Of a DNA stretch of 64,000 nt, positions 27,411-39,575 are shown piece after piece; positions within the stretch are counted from its first letter, which is position 1; every line of letters starts with the position of its first letter. This DNA is from Negaprion brevirostris (lineage: Eukaryota): assembly GCA_030324005.1 (NCBI GenBank), contig JARDVH010000073.1:38728593-38792592 (forward strand). The letters run 5' to 3'. Made by a program: the position numbers and the translations under genes. The notes beneath the pieces were generated by a model. That model searched no databases. It saw nothing but the letters and a program-made list of their open reading frames with translations, and had not been told where the DNA came from.

Positions 27411-30400
27411 GACTCGATGGTCTGCTTGCTAGGGGAGGGGAAGGATGGGGAAGAGAAATATTGAGGCAGTCCAGGGACAGGTTGAGGCTGGCCCAGACAT
27501 GCTTGTGGGCCAGCCATCTGGTGGTGATGGAGGGGATGCGGAGGGGCAGCAATGCGGGGTCACAGAGCTGGCCAGCAATCGGCAGGCTGGCAGTCTGGCA
27601 ATGCAAACTACTGTACATAAGCTGACAGATCGGTACATGCGCAGGTGCCCGCTTAGCACTCTGCTGCCAGCCTCTTCAGGGAGAATTTTTGGAGAGATTT
27701 ACGCTAGTGCGCTCCGCAGTGCTCAGTGTGTGGGAGATTCATTTTGAAACTCCCGCTGAAAAAAGCAGGATGATTTACTCCAGTTTTAGCACAAATTCAA
27801 CACTTAGAACTTTTTTAAGAGAATCGCCTCTAAAGTTTTGGTGTCACTATATGCAACATTTTTTTAAAAATGTGTTCTCAGTAAAGAGTGAAGTCACTTA
27901 TAAAAAAAAGAAACTGCGAAGAATCCAAAACAATTTATTCACATTTCAATGTGATGACAGTTTTTAATGAAACTCTGGCATTCATATTGCATGGTTGTTA
28001 AGCAAAGTGTGACACCAGCTACAGTTTTTTCTAGAACAGCCAGGGAGCTCCAACAACAGAATGTTAATCTGCAATCCCCAGGGTCCAAAATTAAATCTTG
28101 GCTTGATTTTTGGCAATAGGGGAATTTTTACAATTTTGTTCTGAAACACTAGATGGAATACTTTGTTGCCACATAACGTTAGCAGTCAGAAAAATATCTC
28201 AGCAGTGCAAAACCCAGGATGTGCATCTTTTGCAGATTCGTTAAACCCTAAAAGTTGCTATTTATTTTGAGAGGAGGAGAAAGAAAGCAAAAGTTGAGAA
28301 GGATAGAACTGATGGAAAGAGCAGAATAGGAGCTTAAGAGGAAACACAGAAGACAAAAGACAAGAAAACATCGAAGAGGGATGAGAGGATGGCAAAGAGA
28401 TAAGGAGCAGAGCTAGATTGGGAGATACAAGGAGAATCACAAAAACTGGGATTAGCCTCTCCCATTTGTGCCAGGCAAGTTCAGCGACAAGAGTGGAAAG
28501 TATCGCGAGAAGTCGGAAGTCACATTTTACTTCACTGTAAACGCACAACACAATTGTTCCCTTCCCCTGCCTGACTGGGTGCATTTCCTGATGTTCAATG
28601 TCGGAAACCCCACTTGAATACATTACCACGTAACTATCAGGTCCCTACTTTGGAAACACCTCCTACTCCTGTCAAAATATCTATCCACGGCAGTGTGATG
28701 GCAGAATGGCATGACACCAAACTGGTTTGCAAAGGTATATAGACTTCTCAAGGGAGTTCAAGTAAGTGCCATGTTCCGTGGAAGCAGGCAGTGTCCAAGT
28801 TGGAAATGCCGGGTTAAATGGTTTGATTGCTGTCTGCTGGGATGTCCTTTAAATATAGTACCCCAATTCTCACATTTCTAAGTTGCTAGCAGGGCTGGCA
28901 AATTCAGGGCTGCCGATTTCTGGGAAAATCTTGCCCAGAGTGTTTTCCTTTAAAACCTGACATTACGATGGTAGTTGTATAATTTTCACAATTAAAAGTT
29001 TGATACATAATGAATCTCAAATGCACAAGGATACTGAAAAGTTTATCATTTGTATGCACTCATTTGATATCAGTTGTGTTCAAGAGCAATCATTTAGCTA
29101 TCATTCATCTTCAATTGCACGCAAAATCATCATTTAGCCATTGTTTGATATTAACCGCACTCAAAACCAATAATTCAGCAATTATTGAACATTACATGTA
29201 CTGTAACTGAATCCATATCACCAATTGCCTAAAACCACAGCGCTCAAATATTTGCAATCAGCAACATCACCAGACACAAAAAAATTATCCAGTTTATTTT
29301 CCATATTTCTTAATTTTGCCAGCTTCAAACACCATAAAACTGAGCTAACTTTAGAAAAAAGACCCAGTTTTGATAAGATACTTTTGTTTTTCTTTACTGC
29401 CTATATCTAATGCAGNNNNNNNNNNNNNNNNNNNNNNNNNNNNNNNNNNNNNNNNNNNNNNNNNNNNNNNNNNNNNNNNNNNNNNNNNNNNNNNNNNNNN
29501 NNNNNNNNNNNNNNNNNNNNNNNNNNNNNNNNNNNNNNNNNNNNNNNNNNNNNNNNNNNNACCCAGGAGCAATTTTCTTCCACCACACCCCCAATTTTCC
29601 AGCTGTGTCAGTGACGGATCTCGAAGCTGGCAAGACTAGAAACTCCCAGCACAAAGGTCTTTCAGTCCTTTGCATTTATCTTGGTAAGTGTAAAAATCTA
29701 AACCAGAAAAAGTCCCATTCCTATCTTACAGATTGTAGCAGTTCTTTCCCTCCCTCCTCCATCCTCTTGTTCTTTTCCCTCTTCATCCCCTCCCCTCTCT
29801 CTCCCCCAGGTTCCTTAAACCCCTTCCCCAACCCTTTTAATCCTGCTCCCCTTCCCCCTCCCCAACCATTTACAGGGCCAGCAGGAAACTGGAAGTGATG
29901 TTTGTCTGCCAGTTCTGCTGTAGTTTTGAAGTCAGCACGGAAAAAGCACAGACCATGGAAACATGGTAAATATTGGAGAGTTTGGATAGAGGATGATAGA
30001 GGGGGAGAGTTTAGAGGCTGAAGGAAGGGGGGTGAGTTTGGACACAGGATGAATAGAGGGGAGAGCTTGGAGAAAGGTGGGGGAAATATTGGAGGCTGAA
30101 AAGAGAGAACGGGGAATGTGTCAAGATTGGAAGGGGAGAGACAAGGAAGAGTTTGACTCTGATACTGAAAGTAGGGAAGGAGAGAGTTTAGACCTCAAGA
30201 CTTGGGTGGGCAGGATTACAGCTGAGACCCTGAGAGGTTGGGGGGTGGGGAGAGTTTAAATCCTGAGTCCTGGAAGGGAAGGAGAGGGGGTTGGGGGCTT
30301 GCAAATATGGAGGGTGGGGGGGTGGAAAATATAGACTGAGAGACTAAATAAAGAAAGGATCAATGGGGATCATCAGGTGCTCTCATACTGTTTTTATTTT

Positions 30401-33400
30401 GACCAAATGAGAAACAAAATAAATTCAGATATCACTCAAGTAATTAATGCCTCTGTTTTCTTTGATGCAGATTGCTGCACATATTTGACAGCTTTGGGTA
30501 CGCTGGATAGCTTTGAGGATGCTGGATGGCTTTTCAGGATTTGAAGGTATTGCAAAGACTTTCCACTTTCTACGAAGGCGCAGACTTGAAATAAATGCTG
30601 TGGTAAAAGAATTGTGTACACGCGCAGTTGTGAAGAAGGGAAATCACTCCCTAGTGAAAGTGACTGACTTCTATTAGTATAAGAACTTGAAAGGGGTCTT
30701 CTCACACCTGCAGCTTCTTACAGAGAAGAGAGATTCTTGACTAACAAGACAGTCAAAAGGTATTGAAAGTAGTCAGGGAGTGGAAGTGAAACCTCAATAA
30801 GATCAGCCAGGATCTTATCAAATGGCACAGCAGGCTCAAGGGGCCAAATGGTCTCCTCCTCCGTTTGCATTTTTAGTAAGCCTCTAAAAATATATTCAAC
30901 GTTTGTATAGTTGGATGACACTACAACTTTACCAATAGCAATCAAGTATAACTTTCTGCACTGTAGGGATTCTATGTTCTATGATTCTATAGCAATGACT
31001 CTGTAATGCAGTTATGGGGACAGGTTTTGGACTGAAAACAAAGGCCAATTCTATTTAAAACACAGCTGTAGCTTCATAAATCAAGAGCAAGAAAAACATT
31101 CTATCTTATAAAAAATTTCAGAAAATACATTTGAAGAAGCTTGAATTTTTACAAGCCTGTGGCAATTATGTGAATAAAGTTAAAATATCAAGTTGCAGCT
31201 TGTCCTGGAAGAAAGCAATGAACTGATATGCATCTCCAAACAGTATTTGTCTTTGACAGTAAATATGTTAGAGGTACATCTATGAATAAAAGGGAACAGT
31301 GAAGGAGAATAGGCTACAAAGCAGAAGACAGTAGCCTAAGACCACATAACTCTATGAATACAAATAGTAATGATCTAGCTTTGTATATAATAAATGCAGC
31401 CTGTATAAATTAGATCCTGAATCAAATTTTGTTCTGTGCCAAGACACCTTAAGATGGCCAGGTACCAATCTTTTTGCATTGCTTGCTCTTGACCTTCAGA
31501 CTGTTGAAAATGCTAACTGAGCCAAAACCAAATGGGTTGGATGCATGAATAACACCCATTTTATCAACTATTCACTTGCAAACTGTCTTGGACCAGATGA
31601 GAAAAAGACATTGTAAAATAATGCAACGTTTATACTGAATTCCAGGCAAATCAGGGAAAATTTAGAGCATAGAAATCAAGATGATGAAGAATATGACATG
31701 GTGCATCAGTGAAGACTGTTCAGCATCACTTAAAGATCATGTAGCCACTCCGGTGTCCTGCCAATCTAACTTGAGCAGAATCACTGCAGAATGTCAGGAA
31801 GTCAGACGAGAACCTTTGACAAATAGGGCTGGGATTTTCAAAAATCATGGTCCTGGAGGTCATCTCAAGATCCTGAAGCTTTTGGGAAAGTTTCAAATTG
31901 TCAAATGGCTGGTGTGGATGGAGGGAACAGGCTAGCTGCCCACTGCCAGTTACTGGGTCATTAAAGTTCCCACTGACCCTCTAATATCTACCTGACCCAC
32001 TTAAACCTCTATGACTCTTTAAGAGAGATATGGGCCAAATCCAGGCAATTGGGATTAGTTTAGGGGGTTAAAAAAAAGGGACAGCATGGACAAGTTGGAC
32101 CAAAGGGCCTGTTTCCATGCTGTAAATCTCTATGGTGCTATGACCCATGGCACAAAATTACTTACCTGTTTTTCTTCCGTTCCCGCCCGATACTGGGGAG
32201 AACGTTCTGCCTCTTGAGGCAACAAGGCACTTACTAATTCTGTTTTGTGATGGGTTAAAATTATAATTTACATTTCAAATAATCCATTTGTGTTCGAACA
32301 GCTTGCTTTCTCTTGATGGCTAGCCTGCAATGACTAATTAAACTTCAGCATCATTCTGCAATAAAGAACATCATTCAAAGAAGAATGAATACTTCAGAAT
32401 AGGTTCTGAGGAAGATAGTAAAGAAACAATTGTACTATGAAAAAAAATGAAAAATATTACTAATTTTGCATGAGGCAAGCCAACTGCTGGAAGAAAAACG
32501 TACTTAACATGGTATCTTGTAAAAAAATATGTAAACTTACTAAACCGTCTTTCAACCACATTTTCATGAAGGTAATACCTCTTCAATACAGGCTATGGGG
32601 TGAGATTTAAAAAGACTTAAATTAGGTGACAGGACCATGTAATTCAACTGAGTGAACTTCCTGAGACATCAATCAAAGAGAAAACATTAAGCAGCAGGAT
32701 GCTATCACTGTAAATGACAATGCATTGGAAAGTACTACAGGGCATGGCAGAGGTGCAAGGGTGGAGGAAGGCGGGGGGTGGAGGAAGGCGGCGGGGGGGG
32801 GGGATTAAACAGCACCAATGTTGTATGCCTAAGTTAACTATTGCAAAAAAAGCATCATGTCTAAATCAATCAATGCAAAAGGTTATTTCACCATAGATCA
32901 AGCAGCTCCAACCCTGTATTTTCATAGCATCATTCACATCAACCAAGTTTGTCTTCAACATGAGATATTGCTCTTGGTGAAAGTTATTTCAACTGTTGGT
33001 GAAACTGAGTTAAGACTGGATTGCTTGAACAAAGGTTGAGTAGAATATTCAATTTGCATTTCTTGAGTCCTGATCCAGAGCCACCAGTCAAAGGTCTACA
33101 GAAATGTGCAAGACTAAATAAAGAAACTGAAGATATTAAAAGCAATTTTTAAAAAGTACACATTGTGAAATAACTCCTCTGTATTCAATGAATACAGATA
33201 AAACATGAAAAAAGGAGAAGTAGTGAAAGGGAAAAAAGCAATTGAAGGCAGAATGCAGAAACAGTGACCATATATACATATACACAATACAACAGCTGCA
33301 TTGTTGTGAATATCTCATGTTTCTACTCTTAACTTCTTAAAATAATTACAGCAATGCCAAATCAGCTAAAACAGCTGCACCGTAAGTTGCTTTTGACAAA

Positions 33401-34169
33401 AAGGTCCACAAGTCACAAGTTTTATAGGTGTACATGGACATAAGCAAAATATTAAATTGTGGAAACTTCAAGTATATTATTTGATTTGTGTTTAAAGACA
33501 GTACATTTACAATACCGAAGAGTGATTTAATTTTTTTATAGCATTATCACCAATTAGAATTTAATATGGGACTCTTACATGTTTTCCAGTCCTTTGTATG
33601 TACATTTTTTTCAAAGAAATTCATGGTCATCTTTATGTACACATGACAGGAAGATTATTAGCAGCACACTGATTTTTCTTTAAAATTGGTGTTGACCAGT
33701 GGAGACATTTTACACCAATTCAACCCACAACTTGGGAAAGTTAAGGGAACAGGGAGAAGGGGATGTTGTTCTCCATTTCACACTCGTTTTAATAGATAAA
33801 TGAAACTGGAGAACTCATCATAATGGAGGAACAGTAAGCACGAGCAAATACATTTCCACAATGAGATTCAACACAGTATTCAGTCATTAAAACCTCTCTA
33901 GCATGCTGAAGTGGGATGGAGAGGAAAGCAAGGAAGAGGATTAAATTTGATCTGAAAATATTAAATAATCAGACAAACATATTGACAGCTAGAATGGGCA
34001 TCACACAACATGACTATCAGAGTTACACATAGATATTTCCATTTTTCTCATTTCAGCCAAATAATTTGTTTAACTCCGTCAGATATTTATTTCATTTCTG
34101 TGACCTTGGAACAAAGAAGTTGCAAATTTCAGCTTAAGTTTGAAGCAGCACGGTTGTTTTAGGTCATTA

Positions 34170-34510
34170 GGTTGAGGCATACTCCAAGTCTCTCATGTAT
34201 AATCCAGGTTATACTTCAGTGTAGTAGTGAGAGTTTGGTGCTGTCTTTCAGATGACACATTAGATTGAGGCCTATTCAAATGGATGCACATGGTCCATTG
34301 TACTACTTAAAGAGAAGCACCAAGTTCTACACAATATTTGCCCTCAACTGACACATTCAAAACAAATTAACAACTTCTATTGTTTGTGGAATCTTGCTGT
34401 GAACATATTGGCCTCCACACTTGCCTACAAAACAACTGAGTGAATTTCAAAAATAATGAACTGGGGTGAAATGTATAATACATTTTGAACTCATGAAAGG
34501 CATGTTACAA
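34170..34510 (+). mobile_element. Degenerate DeuSINE
   Basis: ggtgctgtctttcagatgacacattagattgaggcc...aatatttgccctcaact...tgtttgtggaatcttgctgtg...tgaaaggcatgttac. Confidence 0.7.
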
Positions 34511-35289
34511 ACATTCCCCCAAAGTGTTTCACAATGATGGTTGGAGCTCTAAAGTGCCAACTCAATTTGGTTCCTAAAAGACATGGACTGCAAGACAAGA
34601 GTATCTTCTCCAGCACAACAGTCAATTAAAATATAAGTTCAGGATTGATTTGATGTATTTAGCTTAGAGTGTATATTCATCCATGTTATTTACTGGTGTG
34701 TTTCTTAACCAGTGATCTTGTAGCACTGAAATAGATTAATTTCTGAAGTTGCAAGCTGCGAAGATTGAAACCATGGTTTGAATAGACAAAGGAGGCTTCA
34801 CATATATCATTTATTCCATTTTTTAAAATCCTTCTCCAAACTAAATATTGTGCCCTGCCAACAGGAGATTTGTTCAAACTACAATTTCTGAGTGCAGAAG
34901 CAGTTATTAAATCAGCATGCCAAAGGGATGATCATAAGAAATAGAAGCAGGAGCATGTAATTCAGCCCCTTGAGCCTGCTCTACCATTCAATATTATGGC
35001 TGATCTGTTCATGGCTTTAACCCCACATTTGTCCTACAGCCCTGACCCACTGGCTGGAATGTCATGTTGCAGTAATGGAGAAGAAGAGGCCCAATAAAAG
35101 CCCCAAAACATATTTGGACCTGCAACTCCCAAAAGATCCAGCCAGTTCTTGGTAAAGATAATCAATGTGTTTAAAGATCTATTAATTTGCCTTCAAAAAG
35201 GTTATGTATGCCTCGAGCCAGTTTTTAATCTGGCAAAAGTTCCAACTGCTGTCTTAAAAGGTACAAATATTGTTTAAGTTTTTCAGTTT

Positions 35290-35594
35290 AAATTTACTTA
35301 TCAGTACCACAACTAGGCTTAAATTAGCACTGCAATGAAGTTACTGTGAAAATCTCCTAGTCGCCACACTCCAGCCTCTGTTCCAGTACACTGAGGGAGA
35401 ATTTAGTATGGCCAATGCACCTAACCAGTATGTCTTTCAGACTGTGGGAGGAAACCAGAGCATTGGGAGGAAACCCACACAAACTTGGGGAGAATGTGCA
35501 GACTCCGCACAGACACTGACCCAAGCCAGGAATCAAACTTAAGTTTCTGGCACTCTAAGGCAGCAGTGCTAACAACGGTGCCACTGTGCTGCCC
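35290..35594 (-). mobile_element. V-SINE (HE1-related, tRNA head) with a non-HER1 tail
   Basis: Minus strand begins gggcagcacagtggcaccgttgttagcactgctgcc; V domain tgggtttcctcc..tggtttcctcccacagtc; tail ends ...cttcattgcagtgctaatttaagcc. Confidence 0.85.
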
Positions 35595-37163
35595 ACCGTG
35601 TTGTGTTGCTCATAAAACACTACCTTGGGATGGTGGGGTGGATGTTGCCCATACAACACTATGTTGGTACGGTGGGATAGGTAAGGTGTTTAACTCGTGG
35701 TCTCTTGTTCTATTTGAAAGGTTTATGCAAACTGGTGGACTCCACTTTGCACCCCAAATTCATGTTCTTTCAGGGCACCTTCTCAGCGTCAGGATTTTGG
35801 GCTGGTGTCTCTTGCAGTCTTACTTTCAAATGTCTCCCACCTAGGTGGGTGCTGCACTCACAGCTGGAACAGAAGTATACTAACAGTGGTGATAATTCTT
35901 AACATTATTTGTTTTTTTGTTTACAGATGAACTGCAAAATTCACCCTGAAGTGCTACAGATACATAAAGAATGGAAATTAGACAAAATGATGGTTTTTCA
36001 GGATAGGAATAATAAACAGCGGGAAATAATGTTGTTGAACTAGAATAAAAAAAAACACTTCCCATACCTTGAACCATTTAAAGCCAAAGTTGTTGCACTC
36101 ATGCAAACTTTCATTAACATGCTTCACACGGGCATTGTGCAGCATAATGGAATAAAAGAAAGAGAAGCATGCAAAGTATTTACTAGAAGATCAGGAAAAA
36201 GCACTTAAATGCAAATTCCATTGTTTTACAACTATTTACACACATTTACATTCATTTAATAATCATTTGTAGGTCACATTTTACAGACATATTTGAACAG
36301 AAGGTACGCAGGTTGTTGTCAATGTAATGTAAAAGCTAGAATGCCTTTAAAAATAGGCTACTATAAATTTAAGAAAAATATTCCTTGCCATTAATTATTC
36401 TAATAAAATGTAAGCAAGTTGAAAAAGATCAGAAATCCTTAAGAATATCTTTGCTATGTTCCTTTTCCCAAAATCTTTTGTTTTCATTCCATTCCTCATC
36501 ACCCAATGCTTCTCAAGAAAAGGAAGTAATAAAAGTAATAAATTCTTAATGCTGCTCTTGTGTTGTCTAATGCAAAACTCACAAACCAACTCCACCATGA
36601 CTCAAGGGACATGATTGATCATGTTCACATAATTAGTCACATAGCATGTTTCAGAACTATTCTCCAGCTACAGAAGTTAATTTTTGAGATGTTACAGTCA
36701 AGTAATCGCTATCATTTCTGTACATTCCATCCAAAATGGCAGAACAGAGGGCTTTTTTCTGTCATGACGTTAAACAATATGGCCATTCAATACATGCACA
36801 CAAATACATCTATTTCACTAAGATCTTACATAATCTTAATGCATAGTTCATCCAGACTTTCTTTTCAATGTATACCAGTTGACAAGCACTCTTGATCAAA
36901 TACTGAAAACAGGCTAAAATGGATTCATCTAGTTTAATATTGAATATATGATAACGAAATATTCACTGTCTAATCATGTACAATGGAAGTAAGATTGCTT
37001 GCTTTGATGAAGATATTCACTGCATGTAGATTCACCGGGGACAATCTTAACTCACTGCTATTGGCAATAATGACCTCAAAATGGTGTTGGGATAGGTTTC
37101 CAACCCTTTTAATACAAGTCCAACTGTTCTATTTTTACAGGAGTTGACAACTGGATGGCTAAA

Positions 37164-37342
37164 TTCTCGGCCTCTTGGCTAAGATCAAGTGCAGTATCGA
37201 CATGCTGCACTTCGTTGAAGTCATTAGGTTACATTTCAGCTTCATTTGAAGCAATTTTTTAAAGCGGCATCTGGGCCTTTGGGCTAAGATGCAAATTAGA
37301 TCAAGCCTTGGAGGTGGAGCTACACCTACTCCAAACAGCTTG
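37164..37342 (+). ncRNA. U2 snRNA-derived dimeric structured element, truncated by the gap at 37343-37717; candidate U2-headed SINE or small RNA, not a canonical U2 gene
   Basis: 37164-37198 matches U2 nt 6-40 at 33/35. 37270-37290 matches U2 nt 7-27 at 19/21. Hairpins at 37187-37212, 37239-37252 and 37302-37342; AATTTTTT at 37253-37260. Confidence 0.7.
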
Positions 37343-38934
37343 NNNNNNNNNNNNNNNNNNNNNNNNNNNNNNNNNNNNNNNNNNNNNNNNNNNNNNNNNN
37401 NNNNNNNNNNNNNNNNNNNNNNNNNNNNNNNNNNNNNNNNNNNNNNNNNNNNNNNNNNNNNNNNNNNNNNNNNNNNNNNNNNNNNNNNNNNNNNNNNNNN
37501 NNNNNNNNNNNNNNNNNNNNNNNNNNNNNNNNNNNNNNNNNNNNNNNNNNNNNNNNNNNNNNNNNNNNNNNNNNNNNNNNNNNNNNNNNNNNNNNNNNNN
37601 NNNNNNNNNNNNNNNNNNNNNNNNNNNNNNNNNNNNNNNNNNNNNNNNNNNNNNNNNNNNNNNNNNNNNNNNNNNNNNNNNNNNNNNNNNNNNNNNNNNN
37701 NNNNNNNNNNNNNNNNNTGAATTCAGTGAGCTGCATCAAAGCTTTGTTTTGGTACCAGCAATTGGCAAATTCTATTTAAAGCAGGACTGGATCTCAAATT
37801 AGCTCTGGATTCTTATGCCAATCCCATCTACTGAGTTGGATGCCCAAAAGATAAATTCCATCCCATTGATTCATGCACAGCATGTAATGGAGGGGAATTT
37901 CACTGCTTGTCAAAATGAAGAATGTATCTGGGTGGAGAATGTTTTTCCAACTTTCAAAAAACATTTGTTCTACTAGTAAGTTGATAGTAATGTAGAATGC
38001 AATAAAATTAACTATTTGAGTAACTTGCTCAGTTATTGTTTAATCCTGGGTTTTGGAAATGTCAGAACAAAACATTGTCTAACTAATGATGCAGTAACTG
38101 AGGCAAACAGTTAAGAAAAGCTAGATAAGAACCTGATGAGGGAGAAAAGAATAGAAACATTTACACAAACGGTTAGATGAAATAGGGAAGGAGGATTATG
38201 TACAGTATAAACAGCTGTTTGAAATAATAGGGCCAAATGGCATTGTAAATTCCATGTAATGCCAACCCAATAAGAAATGGCACAAAAACAAATGGCAAAC
38301 TAGGTGACATAATCAAAACCAAAAAAAAAACAAAAGAACGCAGTACCTGGGAATTACATAAGCTTCTCCTTTGCAAATTATTTCTACCTTCAAAGTGGCA
38401 CATAGCAATCCTTGATGTTCGCTTCATATCCATATCAACAGAAATCATTGCAAATGAAATCAAAGTAGAATCGCAGAAATGTTACTATGCAGCAGAAGGT
38501 CATTCGGTTCATCATATCTACACCAGCTTTCCAAATGAACGCTCATTTAATGCCATTCTCCCGCTTTCCCTCTGTAACCGTGTACATTTCTCCATTTTAG
38601 ATAACTGACTCATTCCCTTTCAAATGCTTCAATTGAACCTGCCTCCACCACTTTCAGGTATTGCATTTCAGATCTTAATCACTCTGTGGAAAAGTTTTCC
38701 TCATGACACTTTTGCTTCTTTTGAAGTGCATGACATCACCATGTTACTTGCACCTTGCTTCCAATGTCTCCTGGAAACCAAGGCAGAAAAATGGTAGGCA
38801 CAAAAGTGGGCATACAGCTGATGCATTGGATCCTAACCCGTAGGCATGCTTGTCCAAACACTCCACAATTTGATTGGACTAATGGAAAATTTTGGATGTT
38901 GCACCTGAAAAAGCACCACAATCTCAAGCAATGT

Positions 38935-39320
38935 TCAGAAGAGATAGAACATGGAACATTACAGCGCAGTACAGGCCCTTTGGCCCTCGATGTTGCGCCA
39001 ACCAGTGGAACGAATCTAATGGTCCTCTAACCTGAACTAATCCAATGTTATCCATATGCCTATCCACTGACCATTTGAACGCCCTTAAAGTTGGTGAGTC
39101 CACAACTGCCGCAGGCAGGGCATTCCACCCTCTGAGTAAAGAACCTACCACTGACCTCCGTTCTATAATTACTACGCCTCAATTTAAAGCTATGTCCCCT
39201 CGAGTTAGCCATCACCATCCGAGGAAAAAGGCTCTCACTGCCTACCCTATCTAACCCTCTGATCATCTTGTATGCCTCAATTAGGTCACCTCTTAACCTT
39301 CTTCTCTCTAACGAAAATAA
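38935..39320 (-). mobile_element. CR1/HER1 LINE 3' end
   Basis: ORF MIRGLDRVGSESLFPRMVMANSRGHSFKLR..FFTQRV, then WNALPAAVV and a standard tail. Confidence 0.9.
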
Positions 39321-39420
39321 NNNNNNNNNNNNNNNNNNNNNNNNNNNNNNNNNNNNNNNNNNNNNNNNNNNNNNNNNNNNNNNNNNNNNNNNNNNNNNNN
39401 NNNNNNNNNNNNNNNNNNNN

Positions 39421-39575
39421 CCAGCTCCAGGTCACTAACATGGTCCTCAAGGAGCTGGAATTGGATGCACTTCCTGCAGGTGTAATCAGCCAGGACACTA
39501 CTGGTGTCCCTCACCTCAAACATCCCACAGGAGGAACATCGCACTGCCTGTACTACCATCCTTGTTACGTCCCTT
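39421..39575 (-). mobile_element. CR1 ORF1 N-terminus (zinc finger and leucine zipper)
   Basis: MVVQAVRCSSCGMFEVRDTSSVLADYTCRKCIQFQLLEDHVSDLEL, a CxxC...CxxC motif followed by a zipper. Confidence 0.8.

Noticed and set aside
30436-30705. 89-aa minus-strand ORF as an additional ERC1 exon
   Set aside because: No coiled-coil or ERC similarity, and the two real exons already join into contiguous ERC1 peptide.
36060-36175. Possible microexon with a minus-strand donor AAG|GTATGG and nearby UGCAUG motifs
   Set aside because: No convincing acceptor or recognisable peptide.
37164-37198. Functional canonical U2 snRNA gene
   Set aside because: Similarity stops at U2 nt 40, the first 5 nt are missing, stems II-IV are absent and GUAGUA is altered.
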